DNA of 64,000 nucleotides from Gracilinanus agilis. Lineage: Eukaryota. The translations under genes and the position numbers were made by a program. The notes beneath the pieces were generated by a model that was not told the origin of the DNA, ran no database searches, and worked only from the letters and a program-made list of their open reading frames with translations. The stretch lies in contig NC_058130.1 of NCBI RefSeq assembly GCF_016433145.1, forward strand, positions 712,152,360-712,216,359. The letters run 5' to 3'. This document shows, piece after piece, positions 1-9,687 of this stretch (position 1 is its first letter; every line of letters starts with the position of its first letter).

Positions 1-5
1 CTCTC

Positions 6-66
<61 letters not shown>

Positions 67-80
67 CCTCTCTCTCTCTC
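1..80. repeat. (CT)n microsatellite
   Basis: Near-perfect CT dinucleotide run at the window start. Confidence 0.95.
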
Positions 81-509
81 TGACTGTGTCAGCCAGTCAT
101 TAAAAGTTTCTTAAATACATACTGTATGTCAGGCACTACGCTAAATCCTGGTGATTCAAAATGAGGCAAAAGATCATCCCTGCCCATAAGAGTTTATAAT
201 CTAATGTCAGCAATGTGAAAGCCCAGAATAAGCTGGGTCTGGTAAAAATTGGTTTTGGAACTAGAAGGATGGATTGCCTAATTCTTCCTTGCTTTTGTTT
301 TCTCTGCTAAGAAGGAGAGAATATGAACTAGAAGGGATTGAACAGAAAATGGGCCTTAGGGAGCTGATGATATATAAGACAAGTAGGAGGACTGAGGGCT
401 CTCAGTTTCTCTTGATTTCAAGTCACCTTGCCCAGATGAACTGCTTCTGAACACTGAAAGACTTGGTAGATGTGATTGCTGAATCATTCTGATGATACTA
501 ATAACCAAT

Positions 510-740
510 ACTTAAATATCACTTTAAGATTTACAAAACACTTTATATAGGTCATCTCACCTCACAACTACACTGTAAGGTAGATATTTTTCTTATCTCC
601 ATTTTACAAATAAGGAAATTGAGGCTGAGAAAGATGAAGCAACTTGCCCAAAGTCAGACAGCTAGTGAGTGTCTGAAGCAGGATTGGAACTCAAGTCTTC
701 TTGGCTCTTAAGTCCAACACTATACCCCACTCCATCATCT
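510..740 (-). mobile_element. MIR/MAR1-type CORE-SINE
   Basis: Antisense CORE sequence ccattttacaaataaggaaattgaggctgaga...acttgcccaaagtcagacagctagt...ggaactcaagtctt. Boundaries approximate. Confidence 0.75.
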
Positions 741-1185
741 TGCTGATCTTTAGTTAATAAGGGAACTATCACAGGATTGGAGAAAGTTGTCTAGATTTTC
801 CAAAAAGGAAATGGAGCTCTAGGCTAGCAAGTTCAACTTGGATTTCTGACAAAATTCCAGACCGTGTTCTTAAAGGGAGGGTTAGAGAATGTCTAGAAAA
901 GGAAATGGTGATCACCAAGAGCTAGTATGGCTTCATTAAAGTAATTCCACAACAATCTCCTTTCTTTTTATAGCACTAGATGGGTAGAGTGAGGGATTGC
1001 TGTAGCAATTGTATACCTAGCTTTTAGCCAATAATTTGATAAAGGCTTTCATGCTCTTGTAAAAAAGATAGAGCAGAGTTCATAGGGTGGATGCAAAACA
1101 GGTCAAAGAGCTAAACTTGAGAAAACAATCATTAAAGAAAGGTTCAATGTTGGCTTGGGAGATGCTGCTGCTGTACTGTTGAACA

Positions 1186-1387
1186 CTTTTTTTTTAAACC
1201 CTTACCTTCCATCTTAGCATCAATACTTTGTATTTAGAACCAGGCAAAAAGAGTGGCAAGGGTAGGCAATGGGGGTTAAGTGACTTGCCCAAGGTCACCC
1301 AGCTAGAATGTCTCTGAGGTGGATTTAAACTCAGAACCTCCTATCTTCAGGCCTGGCTCTCAGTTCATTGAGCCATCTAGCTTCCAC
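1186..1387 (-). mobile_element. SINE1_Mdo-type tRNA-derived SINE
   Basis: Poly-T then aaacccttaccttcc...gggggttaagtgacttgccc...gagccatctagc. Flanked, with the nested LTR, by actgttgaaca at 1175-1185 and 1633-1643. Confidence 0.85.
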
Positions 1388-1623
1388 TGTAAGATAAAAA
1401 TTAATATTCAATAACTCCAAGTATAAGATTTTATAAGATTTATTAATAATCACTTGAAGTAGAGGAAAAGTAAAGTCTGAATAAAGACAAGTTTACCAGA
1501 CCTCAAAAGTAGGAGAAGAGAGAGAGGGAGCAAGATTACAGAAACTTCATCTCCAAAACATAAGGACATAACATGAGGATGAAAGTGGGATGCTGGGAAT
1601 CATAGTTCAAGAAATTAATTACA
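1388..1623. mobile_element. Probable short solo LTR inserted at the SINE head
   Basis: TGT...ACA termini. It separates the SINE from its right target-site duplication. Family not identified. Confidence 0.5.
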
Positions 1624-1643
1624 CCCCAGCTAACTGTTGAACA

Positions 1644-2100
1644 TTTTTTTTTAATTTGGAAAATTTTATTTATTTAATTTAGAATATTTTTTCCGTGGTT
1701 ACAAGATTCATGTTCTTTCCCTCCCCTTCCTCAACACCCTCCCATAGCCGACACGAAATTCCACTGGGTTTTACTTGTGTCATTGATCATTACCTATTTC
1801 CATATTATTGATATTTGTACTGGGGTGATTGTTTAGAGTCTATATCTACAATCATATCCCCATCAACCTATGTGATCAGACAGTTGTTTTTCTTCTGTGT
1901 TTCTGCTCCCACAGTTCTTTCTCTGAATATTGATAGCATTCTTTCTCACAAGTCCCTCAGAATTATCCTGGGTCATTGCATTGCTGCCAGCACAGAAGTC
2001 CATTACATTCGATTTTACCACAGTGTATTGGTCTCTGTGTACAATGTTCTTCTGGCTCTGCTCCTTTCACTCTGCATCAATTCCTGTAGGTCATTCCAGT
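1644..2100 (-). mobile_element. L1 3' UTR fragment (5'-truncated)
   Basis: Poly-T followed by the antisense opossum-type L1 3' UTR (ggttacaagattcatgttctttccc...cactgggttttacttgtgtcattgat...ctcctttcactctgcatc). Confidence 0.85.
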
Positions 2101-2109
2101 TGTTGAACA

Positions 2110-2520
2110 TTTTTAAAAAAGTTTAAACCCTTCTCTTCCATCTTAGAATCAGTACTATGTGTTGGTTCCAAGGCAGAAGAGCAGTAAGGATTCCAGTGAT
2201 TCCCAAAGTGGGCGCTACCGCCCCCTGGTGGGTGCTGCAGCGATCTAGGGAAGTGGTGATGGCCACAGGTGCATTTATCTTTACTATTAATTGCTATTAA
2301 AACTAAAAAAAAAAAATTATTTCCAGGGGGCTAAGTAATATTTTTTCTGGAAAGGGGGCAGTAGACCAAAAAAGTTTGGGAACCACTGGACTAGGTGGTG
2401 GAGGTTAAGTGACTTGCCCAGAGTCACACAGCTAGGAAGTGTCTGAGGTCACATTTGAACCCCAGGACCTCCTGTCTCTAGGCCTGGCTCTCTATCCACT
2501 GAGCTACCTAGCTGCCCCCA
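2110..2520 (-). mobile_element. SINE1_Mdo-type SINE interrupted by a hAT MITE
   Basis: The SINE tail (aaacccttctcttccatcttagaatc...ggcagaagagcagtaagg) resumes after 2388 (ggttaagtgacttgccc...ctagctgcccc). Confidence 0.8.
2194..2388. mobile_element. hAT (Charlie-like) MITE, family A copy 1
   Basis: TIRs cagtgattcccaaa / tttgggaaccactg. It is an inverted near-copy of 58566-58758. No clean TSD. Confidence 0.85.
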
Positions 2521-3581
2521 TATTGAACATATTTATTTATTTATTTGTTTATTTATTTATTTATTTATTTCTCTGCCTTCATTTATTTATTTAATTGATT
2601 TAGAAGATTTTCCCAGTTACATGATTCATATTCTTTCCCTCCTCTCCTCCCTCCCCCGTCCTGTAGCCTATAAGCAATTTGAATATTTTTAAACAATAAT
2701 TTGGTTCAAGGCAAGGATCACATACTTATCAGTAGTTAGATGACAAAAAAGCTGGGCAAGTCCTAACTAATGTGTGAGGCAGACTGGGCCCCAATAAGGT
2801 GTCAGGCTAAAACATTGGCCCTGAATTAAGAAGATGATGTTTAGTGGATGAAACACAGTGACCCTATGATGGGGCCCTATATGAGAGATGCTGCCAAGCA
2901 GCAATGATAACATTTGCCACTAGATTGTATCTGTAAGGTGAGTGAGAGGGAGGGGTATGGCTGGTGGCTGGGAAGGTGGTGGTGCTCTCCACAGGATCAG
3001 GGAAGTTTGGAAGAAGATTGTGTTAGCTTAGAGGGGAGGTCATGAAATCTGGTTGGCTTCCAAGATGACTATGGGGTTCCCCATAAGAGGAGGCATCCAG
3101 TTGACAAACCTTAAAGTACTAAGGAGTTAAATGTCGGATCATATATTCACATCAAAGGGGGAGCTGCCATTAGTCAGTTCTACAGAAAGGGAAATTTTGG
3201 TCCCCGTCAAGTCAACATGAATCAGTGGGCGATGGGGCCACCGAGAAAGCTCATATGATCTTCGGTTGCATTAAAACTTTTTGTGACTGTAAGTTAGAGA
3301 AGGCGATGGCCTGAACTGATAGAGAGAATTCCTACCCAAGAGTTTCCTATATTCATAAAATCATACACCTAGTTCCTTTCTAGGCCTTTAAGGTCTTGGA
3401 AGGGGATGAGAGTCTGGCTGTTCTGTGCTCTGGTCAGGCACTGGGTCAGTTCTGGATGCCATATTTGGGAAAGGACATTGAGAAGTTGGAGTGTATCCTG
3501 AAGGGGACAGTCAGAATGGTGAAAGGCTTTGAGATCCTGCCTTATGAATAGGAAGTTAAGCCTTTAAAAAAGTATTGAGTA

Positions 3582-3787
3582 GGGGGCAGTTGGGTGGCTC
3601 AGTGGATTGAGAGCCAGGCCTACAGATGGGAGGTCCTGGGTTCAAATCTGGCCTCAGACCCTTCCAACTGTGTGACCCTGGGCAAGTCCCTTAACCCCCA
3701 TTGTCTAGCCCTTACTGTTCTTCTGCCTTAGAACCAATACACAGTATTGATTCTAAGATGGAAGATAAGGGTTTAAAAAAAAAAAAA
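3582..3787 (+). mobile_element. SINE1_Mdo-type SINE
   Basis: A box tggctcagtgg, B box ggttcaaatc, CORE and poly-A tail. Degenerate TSD aaaaagtattgag / aaaaagtgttggg. Confidence 0.9.
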
Positions 3788-5390
3788 GTGTTGGGGAAGT
3801 GGATGATTGAATAACCAAGCTTAATGATTTGAAGGGCAGTTACCTTAAGATGCATTGGATTTATTCTGTTTTGCTCCAGAATTTTTACTCTAAATAAATA
3901 TATAGGAGACAAATGATATACAGGATAAATAGGAAACAAATTAAAAGAGGGAAAGCACTGGCATTAAGGGATTAGGGAAGGTTTCCTGTAGAAGATAGGA
4001 TTTTAGTTGGAATTGCAAAGAAGCCAGAGGGGTCAGTGGTAGGAGTGGAGGAGGGAAAGCAGTATAGGCATGGGAAACAGCCAGAGAAAATGATCTAGGA
4101 GAAATGAGGGGGAAGTTACAAAGTGGAAAATGTGGGTTTGATGTAAAGGAAAACTTCCTAACAGAGTCATTCTGGAGTGGTGCTTTGGAAACTAATGGGC
4201 TTTTGTATATACTTGTTAAAGATATTGTAAAGTGCTTCTGAGATCCTATTTAAAAGTTCAAAGGGACCTTAGAGATGACCCAGGGCAGCCCCCTCATTTT
4301 CAGAGGTCCAGAGAAGTTAAGGGAGTTGCTTTGGATCACACAGTTGGTAAATGGCAGAGCTGGGATCCCAGCCCAGGGTCTCAGATTCCAGTGATTTTTT
4401 AAAAAAATAATTTATTTATTTAGAATATTTTTTTCCATGGTTACATGATTCATGATCTTTCCCTCCCCTTTTCCCTCCCCCTTCCTGGAGCTGACAAGCA
4501 ATGCCACTGGGTTATACATGTATCATTGTTCAAAATCTATTTTCATGTTATTCATATTTGCAGTAGAGTGATCTTTTAACACCAAAAGCCCAATCATATT
4601 CCCATTGAACCACATGATCAATCATATGTTTTTCTTCAGATTCCAATTATTTTGATACTGTTTATTTATTTATTAAACCAAAGTATGTTGTGAACTATAT
4701 CACTGAAGAGCCCATTCCAAATGGGTGTCCATTTGACTGTAAGGTTTTACACTGATTTCAATTAAATTTCATCTTCTCTCCCAGTAAATCCCTGTGAAGG
4801 TGACTATAGTTCAGGTAGGAGCCAAGGCCCCTTCCAACTCTGAAATTCTGGATTCTAAGCCTTAAAAGAGACAAAGGATGAAAAGGGAGATTATGGTGAG
4901 AGGTTGAGTGGCTTTGTGAAGGGGCTGGGAAAGAAAGGGCTCAGAGGGTCTGTTTGGAGAGAGGACTCTAAAAGGAGAGAGGGACCAGTGTGGGAGTAGA
5001 GGCCTAGTTTAGGTCCTCACCACTAGACTTATGGACTTTCTGTTTCTCTCCCTATCCTTTCTTTTTTCTTTTTTTTTTTTTAAACCCCGACCTTCTGTCT
5101 TGGAGTCAATACTGTGTATCGGCTCCAAGGCAGAAGATCTTCCTGTCCTTTCTGTCCTCCTTGTGCCTAAAATGATATTCCCCAAATACTGTTCTACCCA
5201 CATCATCCACCACCCTTATTATAAAATCCCCAGGTCTCTATCACTTCTGTGGCTACCCACAAAGTCCTCAGCTTAGATCTGGAAGCCCTCCTCCATCCCA
5301 CCTCCCTTTCATTTTAAGAAACATTTATTAAGCACCTAGAGTGTGCCAGGCACTGTGCTAAGTGCTGAAGATACAAAAATAGGCCAAAGG

Positions 5391-5585
5391 GTAGCAGCTG
5401 GGTGGCTCAGTGGATTGAGAGCCAGGCCTAGAGACAGGAGGTCCTACATTCAAACCTGGTCTCAGACACTAACTAGCTGGGTGACCCTGGACAAGTCACT
5501 TAACCCCCATTGCCTAGCCCTTACCACTCTTCTGCTTTGGAACTAATATTGATTCTAAGTGAAGGTAAGGGTTTAAAAAAAAAAA
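5391..5585 (+). mobile_element. SINE1_Mdo-type SINE inside an L2 fragment
   Basis: Full head-to-tail match. 15-bp TSD aaaaataggccaaag at 5375-5389 and 5581-5595. Confidence 0.9.
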
Positions 5586-5745
5586 TAGGCCAAAGACAAT
5601 CTTTGCCCTCAAGGGGCTTATGATCTAATAATAAGGGTAGACAATATGCAAATAGATACAAAACAAGCTATAGACAGGATAAACAGGAAACAATGGAAAG
5701 AGGGAAAACCCTGGAAGTAAGAGTGAGCGAAGGCTTCCTGTAGGA

Positions 5746-6082
5746 TGGCGATGGCAAACCTATGACTCGAGTCAACACTGACACACATAGCCATTTTCGA
5801 TGACATGCAGCTGCATAAAGAGAAGTATGGGGCCACATGCCGAGGATGAAACATTTACTGTAGGGTAGTGTAGACGCTGTGCACTATAGATGACAATTCT
5901 ACCTATATTAATTTACCTATTTTGGTTTATTAAATAGTTATATATTACAGTTATACATTTTTGTTATTTAAACTATAAATATCACAAAATTATTTTTTTT
6001 CTCAAAGTGACACACCACCCGAGTTATGCTCTGTTTTTTGGTGAATTTTGACACACCAAGTTCAAAAAGTTGCCCATCACTG
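5746..6082. mobile_element. hAT (Charlie-group) non-autonomous element, family B
   Basis: Ends tggcgatggcaaacct / aagttgcccatcactg. 8-bp TSD ctgtagga (5738-5745) / gtgtagga (6083-6090) with central TA. The host L2 reads continuously when it is removed. Confidence 0.85.
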
Positions 6083-7119
6083 GTGTAGGAAGTAGGATTT
6101 CAAATGGGACTTGAAGCTAGAGAAGTCAATAGTTTGAGTGGGGAGGGAGAGCTTTCTAGGCAGAGAAAATATCCAGAGTGTCTGGTTTATGGAACAACCA
6201 GGAGGTCAGTGACGCTGGATCAAAAAGCGTGTCTACTTGGTTATGTGGATATAGGATTTGGGGGTTTGGTTTTAAAAGATTGCTCTATTACAAAAATGAA
6301 TAATATGGAAATAGGTATTGAATGAAAATACATGTATAACCAGTGGAATTGCTTGTCAGGTCCAGAAGGGAGAAAAGTAGAGGGAAGGGGGAAAAAGTGA
6401 ACCATGTAAACAGGGAAAAATATTAATTAAAAAAAAAAAGTGTGCGTTCAGGAGTAAGGTCCAAGAAGAGAGGAAAGGCAGGAGGGGGCTGGGGTATGAA
6501 GGGCTTGGTTCTTCAAGGCTATAGGAAGCCACTGGAGTTGTTTGCACTTTCGGTTCCAGTTATTCTGGCTTGCTAATTGTTTCATCTCCCTTCTCCTTCA
6601 AGTGCTTCTCCGTGATGGGAAGACACCTCACCTGAGAGTCTGAGGATGCCCTGGAGCTTCCTTGCACACTCTGCGAAGAGACCTTCTCTCCAAAGGCCTT
6701 TCTTGATCTCTGTTTCCCCCTTTCTCTTTTGTTAGTGCTTTCCCTCTCTATAAATTACTTTATATAACTTCATTCTCACGGCGTTTCTTATAAATCTCCT
6801 GGAAGAAAAAAATAATAATAGTCCACAAAGGGCAGATTGCAGAGGAAATGAGGTATTAATATATTAGTGAAGCTGCATGTACTCCCTGTCTCTGCTTACA
6901 GAGTGCAGAAATATCCTGGGATTGAATTAAAAGAGATGCTTTGCCCTAGCTGGCCGGAAACTGGCTCTGCTTTAACCCTGACGGTCCCTGGAGGCAGTCG
7001 GTGAAGAGAAGCTTTGGGGCAGGACCGGCTTTTTGGGGTGCGCCCTTTCCCTACACTAGAGGGCAGCAAGCTCCGGGGAAGAGGGCGTGTTTCCCTTCCC
7101 TTCCCTTCCCCCATCCGAC

Positions 7120-7800
7120 TTTCTGCTTAGTAGCCGAGTGACTTGCTGGGGAGAAAACACTCCATCCATCAGTTTCGGAGTTTATTTTAAGAGTTCAAGG
7201 AACAGTTGAGGGAGTTGAGAAACGAGCTCCTGTCAGACAAAGACGCAGAGGCAATGACTCAAGGGAGAGAGCGGTTTCAAGGAATCTGACCAGAAGGCAA
7301 TACCGAAGAGAGGCGACCACAAGGGGTGCAAGGTTGACCTAACCTTGTCAGTTAAGAATTGAGCTCCGTGAGCCCTCCAGGAGGGGAGAAAGGACTTCGA
7401 GGCGTTACAGTACCAGAGGCGTTACAGTACCAGAGGCATAAGCCGTCCTGGACGATTATGTTCACCGGCTCACTACTATGGTATCCTGTATCCACTTTCC
7501 CCGTAGTTTGGGGGTATATTTGTAGAGAATGAACCCAAGGGCGGTGTTTTGCGCGATTGTTCTTAATATGCCATTGTGGTTAGCGGCTGACTGACTGTTC
7601 AGGGGAAGCACACCAGTGGGGACTTGTGGGAGTAGGCGTGCTGCGTTGAGGACCCCTGAACCTGTATAAGTAGTATCCGCCCACTGGGGACCCAGACTGT
7701 AAAAGCGTTGTTTATTCTGATATCTATCAATCTACCTTATATGGATGTCTGTTGGTACAAAATAAATATACTGTAAAAAGTCATTTGAGGAGAAACACCA
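7120..7800. other. Unexplained CpG-retaining segment, possibly a solo LTR
   Basis: More than 20 CpGs by hand count, a 17-bp direct repeat at 7399-7432, AATAAA on both strands and no long ORF. No TSD found. Confidence 0.35.
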
Positions 7801-8450
7801 GCAGTTAAAAGATCCGGAAGGGCCTCGCGGAAGAAGTAGTATTTGACCTTTGGCTTTAAAGGAAGTTAGGCATTCTAAGAGGTGCCAAGGAGAGGATTGG
7901 GGTGGGGGGAGTCTTTTTGGGTAGGGCTGTAGAGGAGGGGGCCAGGGCTAGGCTAGGGGCGGAGGCTAAGGGGTAGGAGGGCAAAGATTTTTTTTTTTTA
8001 CTTTCTGCCTTCGACACAGCCTTGCCGCAGAGCAGGTTGGGAAGAGCGTTGACCAGCTCAGCGGAATTGTGCGCATGCTCCAGATCGGCCGCGGCCGCTT
8101 GCCTCTTCCCCCCTCCACCCTCCACCTTTCCTTTCCGCTGCTGGGTCTGTGGTTGGGACTTGGCCCCTGTCGCGCTCTTGTCCGCCCCACCCCGCCTGGT
8201 TGGGTTTGAATTCTGGGCTGGGTTCCCTGAGACTGCGGTTCACCAGGACTGGGACGGGGGTGTGGGGTGGGAGTGGGAAAAGTTGAGGGGACGGGTGACC
8301 CAGCCCCAGAATTCTAGGCTCTCTTGGATTGTGAGCCTGCTGCCCTCATCTGGCCCCAGCGGGGAAAACAGGTCACTCTGCCTCCACCTCGTGGCCGAGG
8401 CCGTCACTGCAGCCTCCTTGCTCCTCCGATCCTTCCTGCCTTCCTAGTCC
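7800..8450. promoter_or_regulatory. Orphan CpG-rich promoter-like region
   Basis: ETS cores ccggaag (7814) and gcggaag (7827), partial NRF1 site tgcgcatgc (8070-8078) and cggccgcggccg cluster. No assignable gene. Confidence 0.5.
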
Positions 8451-8611
8451 TGGGCTCTGAAATGGGCGAGCCACCTAGTTGTTGGTGTCAGAGGCAGGAA
8501 GGGACCCACACACCATCGAAGCCTATACCCTGGATTCCCAGACGGCTGGGAGGGGCCCCCCATCATCCGATTAGTGGCAGGGACACACACTGGTGGAATA
8601 TACAAAATAGC

Positions 8612-8617
8612 TTTATT
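8612..8617 (-). terminator. PTGER1: PTGER1 poly(A) signal (AATAAA)
   Basis: First minus-strand AATAAA after the stop, about 280 nt into the 3' UTR. Confidence 0.7.
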
Positions 8618-8899
8618 TCTCTTGGGCTCCGCCCTGCGGACTACCCTTAGCCATCTCCCTCCTGGCCAGCACCTGGAAGCCCCAGGTCAGCACAAGGCTG
8701 TACCTGGGCTGCTGAGCTGCTCCCTCAGGACTCTCCCGCTCCCTTACATCTGGGCAGGTTAATAGCTGATACCCTCCTCAAGCTTCCTAGGTTTTCCCAC
8801 CTCCTCCTGGCTTCCTACTGGGTTGAAGCCTGGGGCTCCACAGCTATGTCCTTTGCAGTCCTGCCTTGCAAAGTCCACCCTGGCCCAGACAGAAGACTC

Positions 8900-9148
8900 C
8901 TAGAAGCGGCCGATGCCGCTGTGCTGGGAGGTGCGCAAGGAGCTAGCATCCCAGGCTCCCCTGGGCAGCCCCTTGGCTTCATGCCAGGGCGGGAACAGGC
9001 GTAGTAGCTGGCGCAGCACAGCTTGACGCAGCAGTATGTAGACCCAGGGATCCAAGATCTGATTCCAGGAGGCCAAACGAACTGCTAGGAAGAGGAGGCG
9101 CTCCCAGGAAACCGAGCTCCAGCCGCCCATGGCAAGCACTACCAACAC
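8900..9148 (-). CDS. PTGER1: Prostaglandin E2 receptor EP1, last coding exon (end of TM6, TM7, C-tail)
   Basis: Acceptor cttccccag|GTGTTG. Encodes VLVVLAMGGWSS...RLASWNQILDPWVYILLRQAVLRQ...HSGIGRF*, matching the EP1 TM7 signature. TAG at 8900-8902. Confidence 0.97.
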   Translation of the reverse strand: MLVVLAMGGWSSVSWERLLFLAVRLASWNQILDPWVYILLRQAVLRQLLRLFPPWHEAKGLPRGAWDASSLRTSQHSGIGRF

Positions 9149-9687
9149 CTGGGGAAGAGGCCAGAGAAGGAGGGAGGGCAAATTATAATACTTCTATTTC
9201 TCCTGGGCTCTGTACCACCACCTTAGAGGTAGGGCAAGTATTGTTACTCCCATTTTGCAGATAAGGAAACTAAGGCTCAGTGAATGTAAATGATGCAGCC
9301 TTTCAGAAGCCCAGAATCAGGTGGGCAGGGACACAGAGGACTGAGCCCAGCACAAACATTGTGTCCTGTCCTTGGGGCAGGAAGGGAAAGACCTAGTTTG
9401 GGATTCTGATCTGGCAAGAGGCTCAGGGATCTCCCTTGGAAGGCATCTGGAGCTGTAGTCTGGGAAGGAGAATAGGATGAAAGGGCTTAGATATGGAACA
9501 ATGGACCTGCAGGGCTCCTAGGGGTAAACGTCCAAGGGTTTCTCCAGGCTCCCATCTTTCCTCCGAGAATTCTTTGGAGGAATATATCCACTCAGAGAGA
9601 CATCTACTTGCCCAAGGAAGCGGACTTGGGAGTGTCCCTCAGGAGACAGCCGCCCAGAGATGTCTGCCCAGGGATACATCCACTCAC

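Larger units (their letters stand above)
760..4860 (+). mobile_element. Old L3/CR1 LINE 3' half (RT region to 3' tail), fragmented by nested insertions
   Basis: Collinear degenerate CR1 blocks: gtatacctagcttttagccaataatttgataaagg (~1010), aagtcaacatgaatcagtgggcgatgg...ggttgcattaa (~3210), cagttctggatgccatatttgggaaaggacattgagaagttggag (~3450), gggtttgatgtaaaggaaaacttcctaac (~4140) and tail ccttccaactctgaaattct (~4830). Confidence 0.7.

Noticed and set aside
1815-2126. ORFs within L1/SINE sequence (also 42537-42809, 56339-56647, 56630-56842, 61199-61534)
   Set aside because: They are fragments or antisense translations of degraded retroelements with no intact ORF1 or ORF2.
7191-7289. Coiled-coil-looking 32-aa plus-strand frame after a ttttaag acceptor
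   Set aside because: No upstream partner exons and no recognised homolog, so it is not called as CDS. It is kept only as an alternative in the finding.
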